Origin: an uncultured Candidatus Saccharibacteria bacterium
GTDB taxonomy: Bacteria; Patescibacteriota; Minisyncoccia; Phycocordibacterales; DATDWN01
Length of the DNA: 64,000 bases
Assembly (NCBI GenBank): GCA_964616425.1
Contig: CAZTQY010000002.1
Coordinates: 2,910-66,909, forward strand
Direction of reading: 5' to 3'
The notes below the pieces were generated by a model. That model was not told the DNA's origin and searched no databases. It worked only from the letters and a program-made list of their open reading frames with translations. The position numbers and the translations under genes are program-made. This document shows, in pieces, positions 1 through 9,832 of this stretch. Position 1 is the stretch's first letter. Each line of letters opens with the position of its first letter.

Positions 1-1637
1 TATCCTATAGATTTTCTATCCTCTATTTCGTCCCTATAAAAGTCCATCAAGTTTCCTTTTAGTGCGTAATCAAATATCGTAGTTTTTACTTGCCTAGTCT
101 GAACTAAAAACTGCTTATCGCTCACAGCTCTCATAGCCAAAAGTATATGAAATATTTTTTCATTTATCTGAAAGTCGGGGATTGAAAAATATGAATCTAG
201 AGACACAACAGCTGTATTTTCGATTTTATCGTTTAGGTATGTCAGCGCCATTTCAGTTCCTATCAATATACTGCCTGGAGACTGATAAAAGTTGTCGCGA
301 ACTGCAACAGCTTGCTTGTGGGTGCTGACATGATCTTTATCCATTATAAAAATTTTTATATTCGGAAATAGATTTGTTATTTCTTCTGCGACTCTTTCTA
401 CACCTATACCTAAAGGATTCAGTCTCCAACCACCACAGTTTACACAAAGTTTTTGTGCATCATCACGTTCTCCACAATGGTTACATACAAACAGATTTTT
501 TCCTTCACCTTTTGCATTTCGTTTCCCGTAGAGTACAGTCGGAGCACCACAATTTTTACATACAACTACAGTTCCACAGTCAGTACACACTGTTATAGGA
601 TAAAGCCCCTTTCTTGCACAAAACAAAAATGTTTTCTCATTATTTTCACTAGTATTTTGTATTAACTTTTTGAATTTTTCTCCAAATAGTGAAAACTCTT
701 TCTTTTTCATGTCTGCTGGCTCTCTCATACTAACTAGCTCACAGTTCGCAGTCGTTAAAGATCTAAATTTTAAAGGGGATAGTTCAGTATATTTTCCTTT
801 TTTTTCTTCCCATAATGTTTCAATTCGCAACAATGTGTCTCCGAGGACAAGTCTAATGTTCATTTCTTTTGCTAGAGATTCTGCAACATCACGTATATCT
901 ATATATGGCCTGGTCTGCATTTTATAAGCTCTTGAACTTTCTCGTTCCAATATGATTGAACCCAGATCTTTTCTGGGTAGTGACAAAAAAGAACCTGTAC
1001 CAATGATGAGTGTAGGATGATTCTCCTCATTGATATTTTTCCATGTCGAAATAAGTTCTTTTTTTGATAACCCTGAGTGAAGTATGTGGGTGTATTTTTC
1101 AATACCTTTTTCTAGAGTGTTTCTTGCATTCAACAAGTCCTCTGTTGTTGGTAGACAAAAGAATACACTTTTTCCTTTTGCAAATTCTTCTCTAATAAGA
1201 CTTCTGTATGTTGCATATCGTTCTTCGTCATCTGATTGAAGTAATCCGGTCTCGTAGAAACCACCTGTCTGTTTGATTTTTGTATCAATTGATAATTCAG
1301 AGCTGTTCTCTAGTATCGTTCCTGGTATTAGTGCTGAGAGTACACTACCAACACTGCCAGCGTTATAGTCTGCAATTTTTTGGCATGCTCGGATAAATTC
1401 ATCTGATAAAAACGATCTTGATTCAATACTGTCTATTTTCTTAATACTGTATGTAAGCGATTTTAATTCAGATTTAATTTCTGTCGCGATGCGGTTTTCT
1501 GTTACAAGCCCATATATGGTCTTTTTCCGAAGGGGAATAGATACAATAGATCCGACAGAGACATCCGCTTTTGTAAAATATGTCAGAGTATCTTTCGGGA
1601 TTCCTCTGCTGATTGGTATTACGGTTAGTATATTCAT
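1..1637 (-). CDS. priA: Primosomal protein N' (PriA)-like, runs off window edge; helicase motifs degenerate
   Basis: Hand translation from ATG 1637 (MNILTVIPISRG...). Four CxxC motifs (CTDC, CKNC, CNHC, CVNC), ARKG, GIGVERV and IGTEM motifs. Absent from the ORF track because it is incomplete. Confidence 0.85.
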   Translation of the reverse strand, partial: MNILTVIPISRGIPKDTLTYFTKADVSVGSIVSIPLRKKTIYGLVTENRIATEIKSELKSLTYSIKKIDSIESRSFLSDEFIRACQKIADYNAGSVGSVLSALIPGTILENSSELSIDTKIKQTGGFYETGLLQSDDEERYATYRSLIREEFAKGKSVFFCLPTTEDLLNARNTLEKGIEKYTHILHSGLSKKELISTWKNINEENHPTLIIGTGSFLSLPRKDLGSIILERESSRAYKMQTRPYIDIRDVAESLAKEMNIRLVLGDTLLRIETLWEEKKGKYTELSPLKFRSLTTANCELVSMREPADMKKKEFSLFGEKFKKLIQNTSENNEKTFLFCARKGLYPITVCTDCGTVVVCKNCGAPTVLYGKRNAKGEGKNLFVCNHCGERDDAQKLCVNCGGWRLNPLGIGVERVAEEITNLFPNIKIFIMDKDHVSTHKQAVAVRDNFYQSPGSILIGTEMALTYLNDKIENTAVVSLDSYFSIPDFQINEKIFHILLAMRAVSDKQFLVQTRQVKTTIFDYALKGNLMDFYRDEIEDRKSIG

Positions 1638-1663
1638 GTGAATCACAACTGCTGCAAGCGAGC

Positions 1664-1696
1664 GGTCACGTGACCATTGCTCGGCTCCGCACAGTT
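1664..1696 (-). repeat. 33-nt REP-like element, copy 1 (priA leader)
   Basis: 28/33 identical to the reverse complement of 16247-16279; contains palindrome ggtcacgtgacc. Confidence 0.7.
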
Positions 1697-1758
1697 ACAG
1701 CGTTGTATGACCATTATATCAGAAACATACACAACAATTTTATCGTGCTAGAAAACGT

Positions 1759-2523
1759 CTAGATGATGATTTGCATCAAGTTTTCGCCATCTAAAACGTA
1801 TATAAAACTCGTGTCCATTTCGATGAAAGCAGGTCTAGTCCCTCTATATATTGGTAAGAAATTTTGAACTCCAGATGTATCAGTTTCTATTGCATAAATA
1901 CTGTTTGCTGTAGAGAATATAATCGCGTCATTCCTGTCTTTGTAAAAAGAAACACTTCGTATAGCTGTATCTGGTTCAATAACTTTTATTTGTTTTTCTC
2001 CATTGCTTATCATGACTCCGTTATCGTCTACCCATAGTTTATATTTCTCATCTGAAGAAATCTTCGGTTTATCTTGTGTTGGTAGTTGGTCGCGTGTTAT
2101 CTGATTTCGTATTTTCCAATATTCTGGATCACTTTGTGTGATTATTTGTCCTGAGGCATTTTGAGAAACAAAAAGTGGATTTAATATAATTTCTCCTTTT
2201 GATGGCATTACAAACTCCTTTGTCCATGGGAAGTATCCGTCACGACCAATTATTATGGAGTGGGCTTTTGGAGAAAGTTTTATTTTTACAGTTTCATTGT
2301 CTGTAGTAGTTTCTATTTTTTTTGAGTTGTCGATATAAATAGAAGTAAGTGGAAGAGGTACTTTAATTGTAAGATTTCCAGATTTACCCAAAGTAAGGTT
2401 GCTTGTAAATCTGTAACCATCAACATATAAATATATTCCTAAAATGACCACTACAGTTAGTATTGCAATCCAAAAATATTTGATTTTATTTGTTAATTTT
2501 TGCTCTTTTGCAATATTGTCCAT
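1759..2523 (-). CDS. Membrane-anchored PEGA-like domain protein
   Basis: N-terminal TM; GYRF...GNLTIK...LSPKAHSIIIGRDGYFPWTK resembles PEGA. Confidence 0.6.
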   Translation of the reverse strand: MDNIAKEQKLTNKIKYFWIAILTVVVILGIYLYVDGYRFTSNLTLGKSGNLTIKVPLPLTSIYIDNSKKIETTTDNETVKIKLSPKAHSIIIGRDGYFPWTKEFVMPSKGEIILNPLFVSQNASGQIITQSDPEYWKIRNQITRDQLPTQDKPKISSDEKYKLWVDDNGVMISNGEKQIKVIEPDTAIRSVSFYKDRNDAIIFSTANSIYAIETDTSGVQNFLPIYRGTRPAFIEMDTSFIYVLDGENLMQIII

Positions 2524-2552
2524 ATCGGCTATTATAGTTGTACATTTAATTT

Positions 2553-3566
2553 ATGGCAATTTTCTCTAAAAAACTAGGAATAGATCTCGGGACAGCCAAT
2601 ATATTGGTTTTTGTTCCTGGTAGGGGGATTGTGCTAAATGAACCTTCAGTTGTCGCAGTTTCAGAAGAAGATAACCGAATAGTTGCTATCGGTCTTGAAG
2701 CCAAAGAAATGATAGGTAGAACTCCAGATAACATCATTGCGTATAGACCAATGAAAGACGGTGTTATTGCGGATTACCGAGTTACAGAAGCAATGCTCAG
2801 GTATTATATAGACAAAGCTCTTGGTAAATGGAATTTTGTAAAACCAGAGGTTTTAGTATCTGTGCCTGCTGGAGTTACTTCAACTGAAAGAAGAGCTGTA
2901 ATAGAGGCCGCCATTCGTGCAGGGGCAAAGAACGCTTATGTTGTAAAAGAGCCCATCTTGGCTGCTATAGGAGCTGGTATACCTATCCACGAGGCTATGG
3001 GTCACATGATAGTTGATATTGGTGGTGGTACTACAGATGTGGCAGTCATATCTTTGGGAGGAATCGTTTCTTCGACTTCGGTAAAATGCGCTGGTAACAA
3101 AATAGATTATGCTATTGCAGACTATATTAAAAAAACTTTTAATCTTGGTATTGGAGATAAAACTGCAGAAGATATAAAAATAAAAGTAGGATCAGCTATA
3201 CCTTTAGATGAAGAGCTTTCGATTGTTATAAAAGGCCGTGATTTTGTCACAGGACTTCCTCGAAGTGTGGAAATAAAAACTAATGAAATTGTAAAAGCGA
3301 TCAGCAAAGACTTGCGAGAGATGATAAAAGCTATAAAAGATGTGTTACAAGAAACTCCACCAGAACTATCATCAGATATTATTGATCAGGGAATTATAAT
3401 GACTGGGGGAACTTCTCAGCTCCGAAATTTTCCAGAACTTGTGTTCCGTCGAACAGGTGTAAAGGCTGTGTTAGCAAAAGATGCACTATATTGTGTAGTA
3501 AAGGGTACTGGAATAGCGCTGGAACATCTAGATATGTACAAAAAATCTGTAATTAGTAAGAGGTAG
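2553..3566 (+). CDS. mreB: Rod shape-determining actin homolog, paralog 1
   Basis: GIDLGTAN, EPSVVA, DIGGGTTD, ETPPEL motifs. Confidence 0.95.
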   Translation: MAIFSKKLGIDLGTANILVFVPGRGIVLNEPSVVAVSEEDNRIVAIGLEAKEMIGRTPDNIIAYRPMKDGVIADYRVTEAMLRYYIDKALGKWNFVKPEVLVSVPAGVTSTERRAVIEAAIRAGAKNAYVVKEPILAAIGAGIPIHEAMGHMIVDIGGGTTDVAVISLGGIVSSTSVKCAGNKIDYAIADYIKKTFNLGIGDKTAEDIKIKVGSAIPLDEELSIVIKGRDFVTGLPRSVEIKTNEIVKAISKDLREMIKAIKDVLQETPPELSSDIIDQGIIMTGGTSQLRNFPELVFRRTGVKAVLAKDALYCVVKGTGIALEHLDMYKKSVISKR

Positions 3567-3618
3567 TCAGCTCGGGTCTTTTTGAGAGTTTGTGTTTAGA
3601 TTTTGATATAATAATAAA

Positions 3619-4287
3619 ATGCAAAGCTTGATTGACTCATACAAAAAGACAAATAATCTTCATCACGCGTATTTTCTGGTTGGAGACAAAAAGCATATTT
3701 TAAATTCCCTAATTTCTTTTATCGAAACTGAAGTTGGTTTTGAAACATCAGGCAATCCAGATTTTTGGTTAGGCGGTTTTGACAACTTGAGTATTGATGA
3801 TGCTAGAGCAATTTCTCAGAGTTCAGAGAGAAAAGACTTTTCAAATGGAAAAAAGATTTTTATAATTCAAACTGATTTTATAAGTCTTGAAGCGCAGAAC
3901 TCGTTACTCAAAGTTTTTGAAGAGCCTACAGAAGGTACTCATTTTTTTATTATTTCTCCGCAGGATATGCTTTTGCCGACATTGAGATCTAGAATGCAGA
4001 TAATTGAGTTTAAAAGTTTAAATACTGAAAAAGTAGAAAGTATTTTAAATATGAAACTAAAAGATAGATTGTTAAAAGTTAAAGAAATAACAGACGGTAT
4101 AAGTGACGAAGAGAAAACAAAACAAGATGCCATCAGACTTTTAAATAGTGTAGAAGAAGAACTGTATGGTTTGGGGGTGGAAAAATCACATTCTTCGCTA
4201 AGATTATGTGAAGAAACTCGTGCATCTCTGTATGATAGAGGGGCTCCAATTAAAATTATTCTAGAAAATTTACTTTTAAATGTATAA
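3619..4287 (+). CDS. holB: DNA polymerase III delta' subunit-like (short)
   Basis: HHAYFLVG, EAQNSLLKVFEEP, LLPTLRSR motifs. Confidence 0.75.
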   Translation: MQSLIDSYKKTNNLHHAYFLVGDKKHILNSLISFIETEVGFETSGNPDFWLGGFDNLSIDDARAISQSSERKDFSNGKKIFIIQTDFISLEAQNSLLKVFEEPTEGTHFFIISPQDMLLPTLRSRMQIIEFKSLNTEKVESILNMKLKDRLLKVKEITDGISDEEKTKQDAIRLLNSVEEELYGLGVEKSHSSLRLCEETRASLYDRGAPIKIILENLLLNV

Positions 4288-4311
4288 AATTCTGGTATAA
4301 TCGCTATCTAT

Positions 4312-4863
4312 ATGGCATATAACACAGCACAATTTAAACAAAACCTTAAAGATGTCGAAGAGTGGCTAAAAAAAGAGTTCACTGGTATTAGAACTGGTCG
4401 AGCGAACCCATCTATTTTGGACGGAATAAAAGTCGAATCCTATGGAACAGAGTTACCGATTAACCAGGTGGCCAATATTTCAGTTGAAGACGCTCGTATG
4501 ATACGTATTACTCCTTGGGATATGTCTCAAGTCAAATCTATCGAAAAAGCTATTATGGTTTCTGACCTTGGACTTTCAGTTTCTATTGACGATAGAGGTT
4601 TAAGAGTTAACTTCCCAGAACTGACTTCTGATCGAAGATCTGCACTTATAAAAATTGCAAAACAGAAACTAGAAGATGCAAAAGTCACGATTCGAGCAGA
4701 GAGAGAAAAATCAATAAAGGAAATTGATTCTGCGGAAAAAGCAAAGGAAATTTCTGAAGATGAAAAATTTAGAATGAAAGCTGATCTTCAGAAAGTTTTG
4801 GATGATGCAAATAGAGAGTTGGATGCATTGTTTACAAAGAAAGAGAAAGAGATAACTGAGTAA
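4312..4863 (+). CDS. frr: Ribosome recycling factor
   Basis: IRTGRANPSILD, PELTSDRR. Confidence 0.95.
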   Translation: MAYNTAQFKQNLKDVEEWLKKEFTGIRTGRANPSILDGIKVESYGTELPINQVANISVEDARMIRITPWDMSQVKSIEKAIMVSDLGLSVSIDDRGLRVNFPELTSDRRSALIKIAKQKLEDAKVTIRAEREKSIKEIDSAEKAKEISEDEKFRMKADLQKVLDDANRELDALFTKKEKEITE

Positions 4864-4864
4864 C

Positions 4865-4982
4865 AGATTTTTTTCTCCTCATAACTTTTTTGAAGCACGC
4901 ATAATTTCTGGGCTAGAAATTTGCTCGCTCTCGGCTACCCGCCTGCGAGAGGCTCCAAAAAAGTTATGAGTCAACAAAATCT
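4865..4982 (+). repeat. Long intergenic hairpin element, family B
   Basis: Stem ctcataacttttt/aaaaagttatgag; internal cacgcataa..ttgctcgctc..cctgcg motif shared with 12207, 14607 and 61731. Confidence 0.75.
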
Positions 4983-4991
4983 TACAAACAT

Positions 4992-6086
4992 ATGAGTATA
5001 ATAATATTTCTAATCATTTTAGCAGTTCTAATATTGGTCCATGAATTTGGACATTTTATTGTTGCAAAAAAATCTGGTATTCGTGTGGATGAGTTTGGAC
5101 TAGGATTTCCTCCTAAAATCGCTTCAAAACAGTGGGGAAGTACGCTTTATACGCTTAACGCTATTCCATTTGGTGGATTTGTGAAAATCTTCGGGGAAGA
5201 CTCTCACGGAGAAGTCTTGAGTGAAGATGACAGAAACGGAAGTTTTGTTTTTAAGCCTAAATGGATTCAAGCACTAGTTTTGGTTGCAGGAGTTACTTTT
5301 AATATTATTTTTGCTTGGCTACTGATTTCTTTTAGTTTTGCTATCGGGATTCCTTCATCTGTTGATTACCAAGGCGCTGGTACTGTAGTTGACCCACATC
5401 TTGTTGTAACTGAGGTAATGCAAGATTCTCCAGCCAAAGTCGCAGGATTAAAGACTGGGGACTATATAGTCTCTGTGGCTTCTTCAAACACATCTCTATC
5501 TGAACAAGAAATAAATGTGGAAAGTGTTCAAAATTTTATTTCGAGTTCAGATTCTATTTCAGTTTCATTTGTTCGTGGAAAAGATCCTGTAAAAACAGTA
5601 AATATTTTACCAAGTACAGATATTGTTCCAGGTAAAAAAGCTATAGGTATAGCGATGGATGAAATAGGTACACTAAAGCTTCCACTTCACCTTGCACTTT
5701 TAGAGGGAACAAAAGCAACATATTTTTTGACAGTAAATACAGCAAAAGGACTCATGACTTTTCTTTGGGGCGCTATTTTATTTAAATCTGACTTTTCTCA
5801 AGTTAGTGGTCCTATCGGTATAGCTGGTGTTGTTGGTGATGCAGCAAAGCTTGGGTTTACTTATCTTGTATCTTTGACTGCTTTGATATCAATAAACCTA
5901 GCGATAATAAACCTTCTTCCTTTTCCTGCGCTTGATGGGGGAAGGTTGTTGTTTGTTGCTATCGAGGCTATAAGACGAAAGCCAATTTCTCCGGTTTTTG
6001 TTAGAAATGCAAATTTTATTGGTTTTGCTTTCCTTTTGATTTTGATGTTTGTGGTTTCTGCGCATGACATTTTTAAACTGTTCTAG
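4992..6086 (+). CDS. rseP: Site-2 (M50) intramembrane metalloprotease with PDZ domain
   Basis: HEFGH, PFGGFVKI, NLLPFPALDGGR. Confidence 0.95.
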   Translation: MSIIIFLIILAVLILVHEFGHFIVAKKSGIRVDEFGLGFPPKIASKQWGSTLYTLNAIPFGGFVKIFGEDSHGEVLSEDDRNGSFVFKPKWIQALVLVAGVTFNIIFAWLLISFSFAIGIPSSVDYQGAGTVVDPHLVVTEVMQDSPAKVAGLKTGDYIVSVASSNTSLSEQEINVESVQNFISSSDSISVSFVRGKDPVKTVNILPSTDIVPGKKAIGIAMDEIGTLKLPLHLALLEGTKATYFLTVNTAKGLMTFLWGAILFKSDFSQVSGPIGIAGVVGDAAKLGFTYLVSLTALISINLAIINLLPFPALDGGRLLFVAIEAIRRKPISPVFVRNANFIGFAFLLILMFVVSAHDIFKLF

Positions 6087-6119
6087 TTGATTTATTTTGA
6101 GGTAATGGTAGATTAATCT

Positions 6120-6250
6120 CTGGACGGAGCAGTTGACTTTCCTGGTAAGCGGTCCTAGAACTGATATCCCAGTGAGTCGAACAATTGCTCCGTCCGACGA
6201 ATTCATTTCTGACTTCGTTTCAAGGCCCACATCGATGAAGGGCCTTTTTT
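6120..6250 (+). ncRNA. Candidate ~130-nt structured RNA upstream of proS
   Basis: TTGATT-16-TAGATT promoter 6087-6114; stem ggacggagcagttg/caattgctccgtcc 6122-6195; terminator 6222-6250. Confidence 0.5.
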
Positions 6251-6283
6251 GACCCAGTTACTTTTTTAATATAGTATTTAGGC

Positions 6284-7531
6284 ATGCGACAATCACAACT
6301 TTTTACAAAGACAAGAAAAGAAATTCCAGCAGATGAAACAGCTAAAAATGCCCAGTTACTTATACGGGCTGGTTTTGTGCATAAAGAGTTGGCAGGAGTG
6401 TACTCATATTTACCATTAGGACTTAGAACATTAAATAAAATTGTCGAGGTTATACGACAAGAAATGAATGCAGTCGGTGGGCAGGAGTTGCTGATGTCTG
6501 CACTCCAAGACAAAGAACTTTGGACAAAAACCGATAGATGGGACGACAAAAATGTTGATAATTGGTTCAAAACAGAACTCAAGAGTGGTGGAGAGACAGG
6601 GCTAGGCATTACTCACGAGGAACCTTTGACTAGAATAATGAGTGGATATATTTCCTCATACAAAGATTTACCTGTTTTTGCGTATCAGTTTCAAAATAAA
6701 TTTCGAAATGAAATGAGAGCTAAGAGTGGTGTTATGAGAGGAAAAGAGTTTTTGATGAAGGATATGTATAGTTTTTCTCTAGATGAAAAAAGTCACGAAG
6801 AAGACTATAACAAAATACGAAGTGCATATACTCGTATTTTTGATCGATTAGGTATTGGGGATAAAACTTTTGTCACATTTGCTGATGGGGGTATTTTTTC
6901 AGATTTTTCAGAAGAATTTCAGACTATTACTGAGGCTGGAGAAGATGTTATATATATACATGAAGATAAAAAAATTGCACTAAATAAAGAGGTTTACAAT
7001 GACAAAACTATTGAAAAGCTTGGTTTGAATAAAAATGACTTAGTTGAAAAGAAAGCTGTTGAGGTAGGAAATATTTTCCATCTTGGAACTAGATTTTCAG
7101 ATGCTTTGGGATTAGATTACAAAGATGAGTCAGGGGCTGAGCACGCTGTTGTTATGGGAAGTTATGGAATAGGGCCTACTCGTCTTCTTGGAACTATTGT
7201 GGAGACTCTTGCTGATGATAAAGGAATGATATGGCCAAAAGAGATAGCCCCATTTTCTGTACACTTGATAAAACTTGGAAACACTGATAGTACACAGGCA
7301 TATGCTGATAGTCTCTATGCAAAATTGCAGAGTAATGGTATCGAAGTTCTCTATGATGATAGAGATCTCAGGCCAGGAGAAAAGTTCGCAGATTCAGATT
7401 TGATTGGTATTCCTGTGAGATTTGTTGTAAGTGACAAAACTGTTGCTGAGAATAAAATCGAAGTTAAGTATAGAAATACTTTAGAAGCACAGTTATTGTC
7501 AGAAGATGAAGCCTTGAAAATTTTGGTGTAG
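6284..7531 (+). CDS. proS: Proline--tRNA ligase (short form, no inserted editing domain)
   Basis: GVYSYLPLG, THEE, FRNEMR, EVGNIFHLG, GSYGIG; 415 aa. Confidence 0.93.
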   Translation: MRQSQLFTKTRKEIPADETAKNAQLLIRAGFVHKELAGVYSYLPLGLRTLNKIVEVIRQEMNAVGGQELLMSALQDKELWTKTDRWDDKNVDNWFKTELKSGGETGLGITHEEPLTRIMSGYISSYKDLPVFAYQFQNKFRNEMRAKSGVMRGKEFLMKDMYSFSLDEKSHEEDYNKIRSAYTRIFDRLGIGDKTFVTFADGGIFSDFSEEFQTITEAGEDVIYIHEDKKIALNKEVYNDKTIEKLGLNKNDLVEKKAVEVGNIFHLGTRFSDALGLDYKDESGAEHAVVMGSYGIGPTRLLGTIVETLADDKGMIWPKEIAPFSVHLIKLGNTDSTQAYADSLYAKLQSNGIEVLYDDRDLRPGEKFADSDLIGIPVRFVVSDKTVAENKIEVKYRNTLEAQLLSEDEALKILV

Positions 7532-7532
7532 T

Positions 7533-7696
7533 CAAAGAGTCTTATTGACTCATGTCTCGAAAAAAGCCTTTCGCAAGAGTTTAGAAAATAAATGAGGTAT
7601 TCCGAATATTATTTTCTTGAACGATGAGAAGTTCGCTAGCTCACCAGAGCTAGATAGATTGCTTTTTGAGAGATTTGAGGAATAAAAGACTCTTTG
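7533..7696. repeat. Long intergenic hairpin element (A/B hybrid, reverse orientation)
   Basis: Terminal IR caaagagtctt/aagactctttg; nested stems; minus strand carries gcgaacttctcatcgtt and tgcgaaaggct motifs. Confidence 0.6.
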
Positions 7697-7712
7697 TGCT
7701 AATATAGCAAAA

Positions 7713-8774
7713 ATGATTAAAAACTTTGAACAACTAAAACGACTGATTTCCAATGATATTGGTATAGATTTGGGTACTGCAAATACTCTAGTGTACCTTC
7801 ATGGAAAGGGTGTGGTAATAAATGAGCCTTCTGTTGTGGCAGTAAACCAGAAAACTGGTCGTGTTGTGGCCGTAGGAAAAGATGCAAAAAATATGTTAGG
7901 TAGAACTCCTGCTCATATAATAGCCGTACGGCCTCTAGTAGATGGAGTCATTTCTGACTTTGAAGTGACAGAAGAAATGATAACTTATCTTTTGAATAAG
8001 GCTCAGAAATCAAACAAGAAACTTTTGGGTCCAAGAGTTGTTGTAGGTGTTCCATCTGGAATAACAAACGTTGAAATACGCGCGGTTAGAGATGCAACAA
8101 AAAACGCTGGTGCTTCTGAAGTCTATATAGTTGAGGAACCAATGGCTGCAGCAATAGGTATGAGAATGCCTATACTTGAGCCAGTTGGAAATATGATTAT
8201 TGATATTGGTGGCGGAACAACAGATATCGCAGTGATATCTTTGGGTGGTGTTGTTCGATCAAAAAACCTTCGTGTAGCTGGAGACAAACTAAACAGCGAC
8301 ATAATGTCATATGTTCGTTCTGAATTTAAAATTTTGATAGGTGAGAAGACTGCAGAAAATATCAAAATATCAATCGGAGCTATTCTTCCAGGTGATGAAC
8401 CACTAGAGGCTTCGATAAGAGGCCGAGATTTGATATCTGGTTTGCCAAGAGAAGTGGTTATAACGGATTCAGACATTAGAGAAGCTATTAGTCAGTCTAT
8501 AAACACTCTGATAGAGGGTATTAAAGAAGTTCTTGAGACAACTCCACCAGAGGTTCTAGCTGATGTTATGCAAAGGGGGATATTTCTAGCTGGGGGAGGT
8601 GCACTAATAAAAGGCTTTGCTGAGCTTATAAATGAATATGTTAAAATACCAATCCATATAGCTCCTGATCCATTAACTGCAGTTGCCAGAGGTACTGGAA
8701 TAATATTAGAAAACATGGAAATGTATAAGGACGTTTTAATTACAAATAAAGATGAACTACCTCCTAAGAAGTAA
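7713..8774 (+). CDS. mreB: Rod shape-determining actin homolog, paralog 2 (mre operon)
   Basis: GIDLGTANT, DIGGGTTD, LAGGGA; followed by mreC. Confidence 0.95.
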   Translation: MIKNFEQLKRLISNDIGIDLGTANTLVYLHGKGVVINEPSVVAVNQKTGRVVAVGKDAKNMLGRTPAHIIAVRPLVDGVISDFEVTEEMITYLLNKAQKSNKKLLGPRVVVGVPSGITNVEIRAVRDATKNAGASEVYIVEEPMAAAIGMRMPILEPVGNMIIDIGGGTTDIAVISLGGVVRSKNLRVAGDKLNSDIMSYVRSEFKILIGEKTAENIKISIGAILPGDEPLEASIRGRDLISGLPREVVITDSDIREAISQSINTLIEGIKEVLETTPPEVLADVMQRGIFLAGGGALIKGFAELINEYVKIPIHIAPDPLTAVARGTGIILENMEMYKDVLITNKDELPPKK

Positions 8775-9549
8775 ACCAAGAAACGAGATCAAAAAGAGGA
8801 TTATTTTGGTTATCGCCACTTTTTCAGTCCTTGTTTTAGTTGGGCTTATCTCGTCTAGTTTTTTGAGAAACTTTTTTTACACTATTTCTAGACCTGTTTG
8901 GGAGTCTGAAAATATAATAACTATTCCATTTAGGAGTATCGGAGGCTTTTTTAAATTCAAAAGTAATTTGGTACAGCAAAATCTAGAATTGCAGGATGAA
9001 TTGAATTCATTAAAGTTAAAAGAAATTGATTATGATATTTTATTAAAGGAGAATCAGGATTTAAAGAGTGATATTGGACGTGTAAGCGGTAAGAATCTTG
9101 TTTTCTCTAGAGTTTTGTCTAGACCTCCACGTTCACCATATGATACTTTTGTTATTGATATAGGTTCAACTTTGGGAGTCACACAGGCTAACAGAGTTTA
9201 CCTTTCTGATAATGTTATTATTGGTGTTGTTACCACAGTCACACCCAACACCTCTCTTGTTCAGCTTTTTTCAACTGGTGGTAATAAACAAGAAGCAATT
9301 TTATCGAGAACTGGAACATCTTTTGTTTTGACAGGGAAAGGAGGGGCTAACTTTCAGTTAGAAGTTCCAAAGGATGCTGACATTGCGTGGGGTGATATGT
9401 TTCTATATCCTGGCATAAATTCATCAATATTGGGTAGTGTGTATTATATTGACATTAACTCTCAAAGTTCGTTTAAAACCATATATATCAAGACTCCAGG
9501 TAACGTTTTTAGAACCAAGTCAGTATTTGTAGACACAAATGTAAAGTAA
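8752..9549 (+). CDS. mreC: Rod shape-determining protein MreC
   Basis: TM, coiled coil (ENQDLK), VIDIGS beta domain; overlaps mreB end. Confidence 0.85.
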   Translation: MNYLLRSKPRNEIKKRIILVIATFSVLVLVGLISSSFLRNFFYTISRPVWESENIITIPFRSIGGFFKFKSNLVQQNLELQDELNSLKLKEIDYDILLKENQDLKSDIGRVSGKNLVFSRVLSRPPRSPYDTFVIDIGSTLGVTQANRVYLSDNVIIGVVTTVTPNTSLVQLFSTGGNKQEAILSRTGTSFVLTGKGGANFQLEVPKDADIAWGDMFLYPGINSSILGSVYYIDINSQSSFKTIYIKTPGNVFRTKSVFVDTNVK

Positions 9550-9573
9550 TATTGCCTTGTGTGATATTATATT

Positions 9574-9831
9574 TTGGTGAAAAGTATATATCAAAGAATA
9601 GGCTTATTTGTGCTTGTTTATCTGTCAGTTTTAACCCTACCGTGGTGGTTGTCGGTTTTGATATTGATCTCTCTGACAATTTATTTTCAAAACTATTTTG
9701 AAGTAATGTTTTTTGGATTTTTGATTGATATCTTGTATTCATACAAATATCCAATGCCATTTATGGGGCTTTTGATTTCGACAGTCTTTTTGATATTAGT
9801 TATTCTAATCAAAACACGAATCCGTACATAA
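9574..9831 (+). CDS. Small hydrophobic membrane protein, MreD-like by position
   Basis: About three TM segments, GFLIDILY; between mreC and pbp2; start uncertain. Confidence 0.5.
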   Translation: MVKSIYQRIGLFVLVYLSVLTLPWWLSVLILISLTIYFQNYFEVMFFGFLIDILYSYKYPMPFMGLLISTVFLILVILIKTRIRT

Positions 9832-9832
9832 A

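Noticed and set aside
6120-6250. T-box leader for proS
   Set aside because: Too short and no UGGNACC T-box consensus before the terminator.
2553-8774. Two mreB genes as a novelty or assembly duplication
   Set aside because: The copies are well diverged, and multiple MreB paralogs are common.
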